Below, one piece after another: positions 40,042-47,996 of a stretch of DNA of 64,000 bases (within the stretch, counting starts at the first letter, position 1; the number at the start of each line of letters is the position of its first letter). The stretch is from the NCBI GenBank assembly GCA_033763815.1, contig JANRJU010000020.1:78724-142723 (forward strand), given 5' to 3'. A program made the translations under genes and the position numbers. The stretch comes from Planctomycetota bacterium. GTDB lineage: Bacteria > Planctomycetota > Phycisphaerae > Phycisphaerales > UBA1924. The notes beneath the pieces are model-generated. The model ran no database searches. It saw only the letters and a program-made list of their open reading frames with translations, and had not been told where the DNA came from.

Positions 40042-41175
40042 TCACGTCCGGACCAGGACCGCTTCAACACTGAGCCCCGGGCCAAAGGCGAGCATCACGC
40101 ACGGAAGTGGTCGCGGCTCGCGCCGCAAGAGTCGCCCCAGCACGAAGAGCACCGTTGGCGATGACATGTTGCCATGCTCGCGCAGCACGCCCAGCGATTC
40201 GTCGCCAGCGGTGAGATCGAGCTCCAGCGCTGCGACGAGCTGTCGGACGATCTTGGGCCCGCCCGGATGGATCGCCCACGACGCCACGTCGCGGCGCGTG
40301 AGGGCGTGGGTCGCCAGCCACGCGTCGAGTGCGGGCCCGAGCGACTGCGCGAGGGTGCCGGGGATGCTGGGGGCGAGCGTCATGCCAAACCCGTGGTCGC
40401 CGATGCGCCAGCTCATGTCGTCGGTCGTGCCGGGGACGATGTGCGAGAGTGAATCGACCACGCGCGGAAACGAGGAAGGCGCGTCCGGGCTGGTGCTCGC
40501 GCGGGTGGAGGAGTCGGGCACGCCAACCACGCAGGCCGCGGCGCCGTCGGCAAAGAGCGCGTTGGCGACGCGCTGGTCCATCTCAGCGTCGAACTGATAA
40601 TGCAACGAGCAGAGCTCGGTGCAGACAACAAGAACCCGGGCGTCGGGGTCGCCCCGGGCGATCTGTGCCGCGAGGCGCAGCCCGACCACGCCCCCAAAGC
40701 AACCCATGAAGCCGACACTGACGCGGTGGACGCTGCGCGGCAGTTGGAGCTGCTCGACGAGGGCAACGTCGATGCCCGGCGCACCGAAGCCGGTGCACGA
40801 AACGTCGATCAGGTGGGTGATCTTGCGAGCGCTCGACGAGCTTGATCGTGCAGCGATTGAACCCGCATGGTCGAGCGCGTCGCGGGCGGCGGCGATCGCC
40901 AGATGTGGCGCCAACTCGCGATACTTCGCCATGCGCTCGCGCGTGCTCGGGTTGCGCAGCTCGCCGGCCCCGGTCTCAAAGAATGGCACCAGGCTCGAAC
41001 TCGGGTTGTCGGTCAAGAGCACACTCCCCCGGCGCTCAACGCCGGAGGATGTGTACATCCGCGCGAGCAGGGCCCGCTGCTCAGCGGGGCAATCGCGCAA
41101 CGCAAAGCTCATCGAGTCGGCCTGGCTGATCGAGCGGTCGGGCAAGGCAAACCCAAGTGAAAGGATCGCCGGCAT
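40042..41175 (-). CDS. type III polyketide synthase
   Basis: The catalytic contexts are VSCTGFGAPG (Cys), WAIHPGGPKIV (His) and HGNMSSPTVLFVL (Asn). The protein ends FGPGLSVEAVLVRT. Confidence 0.85.
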   Translation of the reverse strand: MPAILSLGFALPDRSISQADSMSFALRDCPAEQRALLARMYTSSGVERRGSVLLTDNPSSSLVPFFETGAGELRNPSTRERMAKYRELAPHLAIAAARDALDHAGSIAARSSSSSARKITHLIDVSCTGFGAPGIDVALVEQLQLPRSVHRVSVGFMGCFGGVVGLRLAAQIARGDPDARVLVVCTELCSLHYQFDAEMDQRVANALFADGAAACVVGVPDSSTRASTSPDAPSSFPRVVDSLSHIVPGTTDDMSWRIGDHGFGMTLAPSIPGTLAQSLGPALDAWLATHALTRRDVASWAIHPGGPKIVRQLVAALELDLTAGDESLGVLREHGNMSSPTVLFVLGRLLRREPRPLPCVMLAFGPGLSVEAVLVRT

Positions 41176-41225
41176 GGCAAGACTCGCGCGGCGCTCGCCT
41201 TCGAGTTGCGGACGCGGGTTCACGG

Positions 41226-42518
41226 TCACGCCATGGCTCCCGTGCTGATTCGCTGCCGAGAACCGGTCGGTTGGCGTCCAAACGCCGCGGCGAGCGTGCT
41301 GGCGACACGCGGCACTCGGGAGGCCACTCGCAGCGTTGAGTGAACGCCCAGCGGGCTTCGCAGCGCGAGCGAGAGCGTTCGGCATCGCGCATGCCTGAGA
41401 CGAAAGAGCCGCTTCGCGTGGGCCGTCCAGGCTCCCGGCAGAAAGGTCGAGCCTTGGACATCGCGCGTAATCAGCGCGCGTTCAACGAACGGCACGACCG
41501 CAATCGCGGCGTCGATCGCCCACGACATGCCCTCGCCCGTGAAGGGCTCTACATATCCCGCGGCGTCGCCAGCGACAAACAGTGATGTGCCGCCCACGTG
41601 GCACTCAAGGCTCTCTCGCGAGCGGGTGAGCGCCGGTGCCCCTTTCCATGCGGCGCTGCGTGCAAGGCGGGCCAGTTCGGGCTCATCCGAAGCGAGGACC
41701 TTCGCGACCGCCTCACCAGGGCCACCACTGGCCCGCACAAACTCGGGGCGTATCGCCGCGGCGACGACGCACAGTCCGCTGGCAAGGTCGGTCACGCCCG
41801 CGTATCCCTCGCGAAGCACACCCATGCGTATCACGCCGCGAGACTCCGCCCTTTCAGCCCCGGCCTTCGCGCCTGGCAAGCCGTGGAATGAACCGTCGAC
41901 GCCTGGTGCGCGTTCGCCCGGGCCAACTTGTATTGTCCTCGAGCCGTCGGCGAGATCGAGCACGCACGACATCCCGATTCGGGGCGCGGAAGACACGCGC
42001 CAGGCCATCGGGTCGACTTTCTGAAGCGACGAGCCAGCGATGCCGTCAGCCGCGATGATGGCCCGGGTGCGCACACGCGTGGACGTGCCGCCTCGGGTGA
42101 GCGAGACGCTGAGATCCGCGTGAATCCTCGCTGAGCACGCGTCGAGGAACATCGCCCCGCGTCGGCACGCCTCCCGGGCCAGGGCGGCATCCATCGCGTC
42201 GCGGGAGAGGGCCCAGCCCGGCGTGATGGCGAACTCCGCGTGCACGCCGGTGGAGTCAAAGACCCGGAGCCTGCGAAGCTCGGGGGGGTCCAGGTCGCGA
42301 AGACACGCGGCAAGATCGACGCTCTCAAGGGCGGCGATGGCGCGATCACTGAGACAACACCCGCACACTTTGGATCGCGGAAACGCGGCCCGATCGACGA
42401 GCAGCGCCGGAATGCCGCGCGCCGCGAGCATTGCCGCGGCAACAGTGCCCGCGGGCCCTGCGCCCACGATCAGAACGTCCGGTGCTTGGCTTGGCAGGTC
42501 GGTCGCTCGCACAGTCAC
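41226..42518 (-). CDS. FAD-dependent oxidoreductase (geranylgeranyl-reductase/aromatic-hydroxylase-like)
   Basis: DVLIVGAGPAGTVAAAMLAARGIPALLVDR supplies GxGxxG plus an acidic end. FVAGDAAGYVEPFTGEGM is also present. The GTG at 42518 overlaps the upstream stop (GTGA). Confidence 0.75.
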   Translation of the reverse strand: MTVRATDLPSQAPDVLIVGAGPAGTVAAAMLAARGIPALLVDRAAFPRSKVCGCCLSDRAIAALESVDLAACLRDLDPPELRRLRVFDSTGVHAEFAITPGWALSRDAMDAALAREACRRGAMFLDACSARIHADLSVSLTRGGTSTRVRTRAIIAADGIAGSSLQKVDPMAWRVSSAPRIGMSCVLDLADGSRTIQVGPGERAPGVDGSFHGLPGAKAGAERAESRGVIRMGVLREGYAGVTDLASGLCVVAAAIRPEFVRASGGPGEAVAKVLASDEPELARLARSAAWKGAPALTRSRESLECHVGGTSLFVAGDAAGYVEPFTGEGMSWAIDAAIAVVPFVERALITRDVQGSTFLPGAWTAHAKRLFRLRHARCRTLSLALRSPLGVHSTLRVASRVPRVASTLAAAFGRQPTGSRQRISTGAMA

Positions 42519-43402
42519 GCTCGGCTCCGCTTCGCCCCGACACCCTCCCCCGCGTGCCACACCAGCGCCATTCGGCATGGAAACATGGGGACGACCCTGG
42601 CGCCGGAGAGGCCCGCATGCTGGGCGGCGCTTTGCAGTTCCGCCGGCGTCAACGCCGCCCGCACGGAAAGCAGCGCGTCTTGATGAACCACGGGGCTTCG
42701 GGTGACGAGCCGGCTGGCGAGCGCGACCAAGGCGTAGGAGCTGGGGCTTCGGAAGAGATCGACCACCACGAGAAGCCTTCGAGCGGAGGCCGCGAGGCGA
42801 TGCAGCGCCGGAACAATCGCCTGCTGGGGAACGTGGTGGAGAAAGAGCGAGCATGTGACGACGTCCTGCGCGGGCGGCGGGGTTCCACCGCCCAGTACGT
42901 CCCACGTCGAGAGGGTTGCATCGATGCCGGCCCGTCTCGCTCGCTCCCCCGCGACGCTCAGCATCTCGGGCCTCAGGTCGGTCAGATTGAGCCGCACGCT
43001 GATGCCCCGGGAGCGCGCAAGCGTCGCCATCGCGAGCGGAACATCGCCCGACCCCGTCGCGGCGTCCAGGATCGTCAGCACGTCCCCCGTCGGCACACCG
43101 CCCTTGGCCCCGGCTGGTTGTCCTTGCGACGCCGCGTTCTGGGCGTGGGCTAGCGTCAGCTCGCGCTCGATCAACTTCCACATCGCCGATGCAACGCCCG
43201 AGACACGGTTCAGTCGCGAGAGCCCGCGCAGGGCTCGCTGCAGTTCATCTGCCGAGAGAGCGGGATCATCCATGAGCTCGGGCTCGACGTGCCGGTGGGC
43301 CAGCGCGGGCCAGAGCCTACCAACACGCCCGAGTTGAGTCCGGGAACTTCGCGGCCGATAGCTCCCCTTCGGACTGGGCGGCTGCTCGGAGACATCGGAC
43401 AT
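42515..43402 (-). CDS. class I SAM-dependent methyltransferase
   Basis: Motif I is ILDAATGSGDVP. Acidic and aromatic post-I motifs follow (LNLTDLRPEM, VVTCSLFLHH). Confidence 0.75.
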   Translation of the reverse strand: MSDVSEQPPSPKGSYRPRSSRTQLGRVGRLWPALAHRHVEPELMDDPALSADELQRALRGLSRLNRVSGVASAMWKLIERELTLAHAQNAASQGQPAGAKGGVPTGDVLTILDAATGSGDVPLAMATLARSRGISVRLNLTDLRPEMLSVAGERARRAGIDATLSTWDVLGGGTPPPAQDVVTCSLFLHHVPQQAIVPALHRLAASARRLLVVVDLFRSPSSYALVALASRLVTRSPVVHQDALLSVRAALTPAELQSAAQHAGLSGARVVPMFPCRMALVWHAGEGVGAKRSRA

Positions 43403-43665
43403 GCTTTGAGCGTACGGGCCCGAACGCGAGAGACGACGTGCCCAGGCGACTTCCAGGCGGCCCTAGACGGCTTTGCTCGACCACCCCGTGAAAGCCCGGA
43501 ACCGGCTTTCCCAAGCAGTAGCAGCCACGGAGGCACCGATGGCTGTCAACACGCGCTTCGGTCTTCTATTCTCCTTTGTCAGCGCGCCGTGAAGACAGTC
43601 CATTCCAGCGCGGCCCGTGCTGAAAGAACGATTCCGCGCAACAACGAAACACAGGGAGATCGGCG

Positions 43666-44673
43666 ATGAGGACTGCGATGAAGAGCCTGCTCGCCTTCCG
43701 AACTCGCTCGCACGGCACAGGTCGAAGCGACCTGCGCGTGATCTCAACTCTGGGAGCGTTGTGCATCGGAATCATGGGCGGGAACATGAGCGTCTATTCC
43801 GCTGGAGCGCTCGGCGCGGAACACACTCAGCAGGTGAGCGCTGGCGAAGAACCAGCGCCGCTCGCGGGGCCCAAGGTCACGGAGCAGCGCTCCAAGCAGC
43901 AATCCGAGTCGGCTTCTGGCGACAAGGATGGCGGTGCGGGCAAGGGCATGCCCGGCGAGATGCAGACGCTGATTCTGCCTCGCTTTGCGGGCGGATTGCA
44001 AGATCTGGATGGCCCACCGGAGGAAGCCGCCTTGCGGTCGCTCTCGCTTTCGCCCGCGGAGCGGGACGCAACCGAGGCGGTGCTGCTGAAGCGATCCCGC
44101 ATCTTCGATCGCTTCGTGGTTGGCAACATCAACCTGCTCACGTACATCGGAACCGTCACGCAAACCGGCAACGTGATCGATCAGGTCGTCGCGTTCCTGG
44201 CCGCTGCTCAACAGATTGAAGATCTCTGGCTTCAGCAGCCCCTGCGCGACCAGTTGGAAGGCGTGCTCACGACCGAAAATGCGGCGACGTTCAGCGCGAT
44301 GCTCGATCAGTACTGGGACGATGTCGTGGACGAGCGCCTCCGCGCCAGCAATGGCAAAGAGGGGTGGTTCGCCGCCATCTCGGATGCGTGGGGATCGACG
44401 GTCGGCAAGGAGATCGAACGAGCATACCAGAGGCAAGAGCAATCTGGCGGGCTCGCTTACGCCTACATCACCGACGGGCTGAAGCTCACAAAGCCTCAGC
44501 AGGTACGGATTCGGACACTGCTGGCCGACTTTGCCGAAAAAGGTGGCGAGGAAGCACCGCCCGAGGCCAAAGCGAGCGTGTTCTTCTCGCTCGCATCGAT
44601 GCTCACGCCCGAGCAGGCGAGGCAAGTGATGCGCCGGTTCAATCCCGAGAGCGTGCCCGAGAACGACAACTGA
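43666..44673 (+). CDS. secreted protein with two LTxxQ motifs (CpxP/Spy-like?)
   Basis: GGGAG precedes the ATG. There is an N-terminal hydrophobic segment, and the C-terminal third contains LKLTKPQQVRIRTLL and MLTPEQARQVMRRF. Confidence 0.55.
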   Translation: MRTAMKSLLAFRTRSHGTGRSDLRVISTLGALCIGIMGGNMSVYSAGALGAEHTQQVSAGEEPAPLAGPKVTEQRSKQQSESASGDKDGGAGKGMPGEMQTLILPRFAGGLQDLDGPPEEAALRSLSLSPAERDATEAVLLKRSRIFDRFVVGNINLLTYIGTVTQTGNVIDQVVAFLAAAQQIEDLWLQQPLRDQLEGVLTTENAATFSAMLDQYWDDVVDERLRASNGKEGWFAAISDAWGSTVGKEIERAYQRQEQSGGLAYAYITDGLKLTKPQQVRIRTLLADFAEKGGEEAPPEAKASVFFSLASMLTPEQARQVMRRFNPESVPENDN

Positions 44674-44961
44674 ACACGCCTGCAAGTGTCCTGATTCCAC
44701 GCACGTGAATCGGACGAGCAACACCACTTAGCGACGCGGACTCACTCGCGCGCGAAGCCAATCTCGTCATCTTTCAAGGAACGTGAACCGCGATCCGCGG
44801 GTATACTGATTTGTATCGCTGGCAACATGTGTCGTCACGGGGTCTCGCGCGGCTGCGTGCGTGCTCGGAGTGCATACGCGGCCAATCGCCCGGCGCGAAA
44901 CCGCCAGGCAATCAACGCGAGACCTCGAACTCAGCGACAACTGCAACCCGAGGAGAAGTTG

Positions 44962-45591
44962 ATGCATCGTCACGGACTTTTGACGCGAGGCCCCGTTGTG
45001 CTGGGCATCGCTGTTGGCGTCGTCGGAGGCGGCATGCTCGCGGCATCCAGCGCCGATGCCTTCCCCTCCTACTTCAACGAGTGGAAGTCGGTCTATCCGC
45101 AGTCGACGCTGCCCGCGCAGCTCAACTCGATCGGGCTCTCCAACTGCGCGATCTGCCACCACCCGCCCTCCTTTGGCGATGAGGGCAACTGCTATCGCCT
45201 CGCGGTGCGCGAACTGCTCCGCGAAGGCACGGCGATTCGCGACGCCATTCTCATCGTCGGCGAGCAGGATCCGGACAACGACGGCGTCAAGAGCCGCGTG
45301 GAGTTCGTGACGCCTCGCAGCGACTTGCCGGGCGAGATCGGTTACATCGCCGGTCTGGCGGGCCCCCTGGGTGTCGATCCGTGCTTCCTCCCGGAAGACC
45401 CCGTCACCGGGCGGAGCGAGACCCCATGCCTTGCCGACGTCAACCGCGACGACACCTTGGACTTCTTTGATTATCTGGACTTTGCGCAGGCATTCAGCGA
45501 TGAATCGCCCTCGGCGGACTTCAACTCCGACGGCGTGGTCGACTTCTTCGACTACCTGGACTTTGCCCAGGCGTACGACATCGGCTGCTGA
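44962..45591 (+). CDS. secreted CxxCH-motif protein with a double GC-type dockerin-like tail
   Basis: GAGGAGAAG precedes the ATG. The signal is MHRHGLLTRGPVVLGIAVGVVGGGMLAASSADA. NCAICHH is present. The protein ends CLADVNRDDTLDFFDYLDFAQAF...DFNSDGVVDFFDYLDFAQAYDIGC followed by the stop. Confidence 0.75.
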   Translation: MHRHGLLTRGPVVLGIAVGVVGGGMLAASSADAFPSYFNEWKSVYPQSTLPAQLNSIGLSNCAICHHPPSFGDEGNCYRLAVRELLREGTAIRDAILIVGEQDPDNDGVKSRVEFVTPRSDLPGEIGYIAGLAGPLGVDPCFLPEDPVTGRSETPCLADVNRDDTLDFFDYLDFAQAFSDESPSADFNSDGVVDFFDYLDFAQAYDIGC

Positions 45592-45616
45592 GCCGTACGA
45601 CATCGGCTGCTGAGCC
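45573..45616. repeat. perfect 22-bp tandem duplication spanning a stop codon
   Basis: GTACGACATCGGCTGCTGAGCC occurs at 45573..45594 and is repeated immediately at 45595..45616. Confidence 0.9.
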
Positions 45617-45659
45617 GGCGCTACAAGGCTCGGCGAGCAACTCCGTTCCCGTTCAGAAG

Positions 45660-45683
45660 CCCCGGATAACCCCGGGGTTTTTT
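45660..45683 (+). terminator. intrinsic terminator after the 44962..45591 gene
   Basis: CCCCGG-ATAACC-CCGGGG followed by TTTTTT. Confidence 0.7.
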
Positions 45684-46031
45684 AATGCCCCTGACCGAGG
45701 CACGCAGAGACAGCAGCTTGGCAGCCCCAGCAAAGACGCCATGGTTCATGACCCTGCTCCGCCTCGGGCGTCCCTCAATGCAAGAGCGCACGGGTGCCTG
45801 CCATGCGTTCCGCGGGCTGTCAGTTTGGCAATCTTCGTTCGCCGAATGTTCGTCAAGCGCTGAAATCAGAACCGTCCAGCAGTTCACCCGCTCACCAGTC
45901 TCGACTGGCACCGGAGTTGCAACACCTTCGGCATGCTTGTGACATGTGCATGCTCGGCGGATGGAACGCGGCGCCAGCGCCGCTCCGTTCCGGTCTTCGC
46001 GATTCGCAGCCCTCAACTGAAGGAGAAAGCC

Positions 46032-46472
46032 ATGCAGAACATCATGCGTCGTGACTCGCACGATTTTCCCATGAGCCGGGTGATCCAGTCGTTCTTCAAC
46101 GACCCGTTCTTCGCGGAGCTGCCCGCGATCGGGCGGGCGGCTGTGGAAGAAGGAACGCTCGCCCTCGATGTCTCGGAGGATGACTCCGCGGTCATCGTCC
46201 GGGCCTCGCTGCCCGGGTTCCGAAAGGACGACGTGGACGTTGAAGTCCACGATGGCGTGCTGACCATCAAGGCGCAGCATACCGAGGAGAAGGAAGAGAA
46301 CTCCGAGCGCTACTACAGGCGGGAGCGCCGCGTGGGATCGCTCAGCAGGCGCGTGGCGCTGCCCAGCGTGATCTCTGAAGACAAGGTCGAGGCCTCGCTC
46401 ACCGATGGCGTGCTGACGCTCCGCCTGCCCAAGATTCCGACGGCGCAGCCCAAGAAGGTTCGGATCGGGTGA
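46032..46472 (+). CDS. Hsp20/alpha-crystallin small heat-shock protein
   Basis: GAAGGAGAAAG precedes the ATG. LDVSEDDSAVIVRASLPGFRKDDVDVEVHDGVLTIKA and ASLTDGVLTLRLPK are present. Confidence 0.9.
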   Translation: MQNIMRRDSHDFPMSRVIQSFFNDPFFAELPAIGRAAVEEGTLALDVSEDDSAVIVRASLPGFRKDDVDVEVHDGVLTIKAQHTEEKEENSERYYRRERRVGSLSRRVALPSVISEDKVEASLTDGVLTLRLPKIPTAQPKKVRIG

Positions 46473-46532
46473 GGTGAGCTCGCTCAGCGAGCACTGATGA
46501 AACCACTTTCGCGCGGCGTGTGCCGCGCACGC

Positions 46533-46567
46533 GAAGGCTCCCGATGCAGCGGGGGCCTTCGCTTTTT
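46533..46567 (+). terminator. intrinsic terminator after hsp20
   Basis: GAAGGCTCCC-GATGCAGC-GGGGGCCTTC followed by GCTTTTT. A second hairpin, GCGCGGC-GTGT-GCCGCGC, lies at 46511..46528. Confidence 0.6.
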
Positions 46568-46853
46568 ACGTCCCTGGAACTTTCTGCCCGTTCTCATCGC
46601 CTTTTTCGCAACTCACCTTGCGAGCTTCGGTTGAACTTGGCACCCGATCCCTAGGGCCGCCTCGTTTGGACATCGGGTGAGGGTCGGGTATGCTGCGAGC
46701 GAAGGTCGCTCGACGAAGCCCGGGTAACGACCTGCCCGCCAACTTACCCGCCCAGTCGGCCTCGCTCCTCCCGCGCGACTTGCCCCGCTTGGGCCCCGGA
46801 GGCTTGAGGTCGACAAGCGGTCCAAAGAAAGTTCCAGTTGCAAGGAGAGCCCG

Positions 46854-47882
46854 ATGAGTCGCCGTTCGCTCGCTCGGTTTCCGGCACACCGTCGCGGATT
46901 CACGCTCGCGGAGTTGCTGGTCGGCCTGCTCGTTGTGAGCGTCCTCGCGGCGCTGGCGGGTGTCTGGACATCACGAACCAGGTCGATGGGCAGCCTCGGC
47001 GTAACCATGGCCAACCTTCGGCAGTTTGGCGCGTGGAACTTGTCGTACGCCGCCGATCACAATGACGTCTTCGGGACGTTCTCGTGGAAGGCGAACGTGG
47101 AGCAAAGCACGCAGTATCCTGACTTGCGTGGGCCCTTTGCGAACGGACAGGATGCGGCGGGGGCACAGGCAATCGACATCATCCGTCGGCTCGCCGGCGA
47201 ATCGGTCAGCTCGACGCCCAGACCCAGCAACTGGATTCCTCACATTCTCTATCAGCACCTGGTGTTGCTCGACCACGCGGGGGAGCGGTTGCCCTCCTTC
47301 TCCGCGATCTCGCCCGAGGATGCCAACCGCCTCGACTGGGCGAACGACCCGGCAGGCTTCCGTCGCGGGGTATTTGGCCCTCGCCAGCCATCTCCCGATG
47401 GCGTCAACTGGCGCTGGATCTTCTCAAGCTCCTACGAAACCTCGTTGAGTTTCTGCCAGTCGGGCGATGCGACCGGAGTCTCTCAGTCAAGCACGCACAA
47501 CACCTACACGTTTCAGAGCGGAACGGTGGACTTCATCCAGCGTCGACTGAGCGAGGTGGCGTTCGCATCTCGCAAGGCCCACATGTGGGATACGTACCAG
47601 CGTCACCTTGGCGCCCGCGTTGCCTACTTCGCCAGCGATGAAGCACGGGTGCCGGTGCTCTTCGTCGATGGGCACGTCGCGGTGCGTGCAACGACCGACG
47701 CCAATCGCGGGTGGAATCCGACAACACCAACTTCGCCCGCTGTCACATCGTTCGTGTATCAGCCCGCCTCTTGGGAGCCGCCGGTCCCGCCGCCGGGCGG
47801 TTCAGCGACGTACGCGGGCCGGTATCGCTGGACGCGGCGGGGAATCAACGGGCGTGACTTTGACGGGCCGGAAGTGCAGTGA
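46854..47882 (+). CDS. prepilin-type N-terminal cleavage/methylation domain protein (DUF1559-like)
   Basis: AAGGAGAG precedes the ATG. RRGFTLAELLVGLLVVSVLAALAG is the methylation motif. The C-terminus VPVLFVDGHVAV resembles the end of the H-X9-DG family, but the His is not in place. Confidence 0.75.
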   Translation: MSRRSLARFPAHRRGFTLAELLVGLLVVSVLAALAGVWTSRTRSMGSLGVTMANLRQFGAWNLSYAADHNDVFGTFSWKANVEQSTQYPDLRGPFANGQDAAGAQAIDIIRRLAGESVSSTPRPSNWIPHILYQHLVLLDHAGERLPSFSAISPEDANRLDWANDPAGFRRGVFGPRQPSPDGVNWRWIFSSSYETSLSFCQSGDATGVSQSSTHNTYTFQSGTVDFIQRRLSEVAFASRKAHMWDTYQRHLGARVAYFASDEARVPVLFVDGHVAVRATTDANRGWNPTTPTSPAVTSFVYQPASWEPPVPPPGGSATYAGRYRWTRRGINGRDFDGPEVQ

Positions 47883-47996
47883 GCTGTTGACGGGTGCTTG
47901 AGGAAGCCCTCCCGGTCTGGCTGCATATCGGATCGTGCTTGCACATTGAGATCGAACCGCTTGCCGCGCAAGGCAGGCTCACGCTGGAGATGACGC

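Noticed and set aside
41226-43181. 651-aa version of the FAD oxidoreductase ORF. The same issue applies to the longest versions of 32565..34466, 14365..17535, 24073..25050, 2336..5038 and 30418..31620.
   Set aside because: The N-terminal extensions are Arg/Pro-rich, overlap the neighbouring well-supported genes, and precede the real domain starts (GxGxxG, lipobox and so on). Internal starts that abut or overlap the upstream stop by 1-4 nt were preferred.
47600-47882. H-X9-DG signature at the C-terminus of the prepilin-type protein
   Set aside because: VPVLFVDGHV resembles the family ending, but the residue ten positions before DG is Asp, not His. I therefore call it only DUF1559-like.
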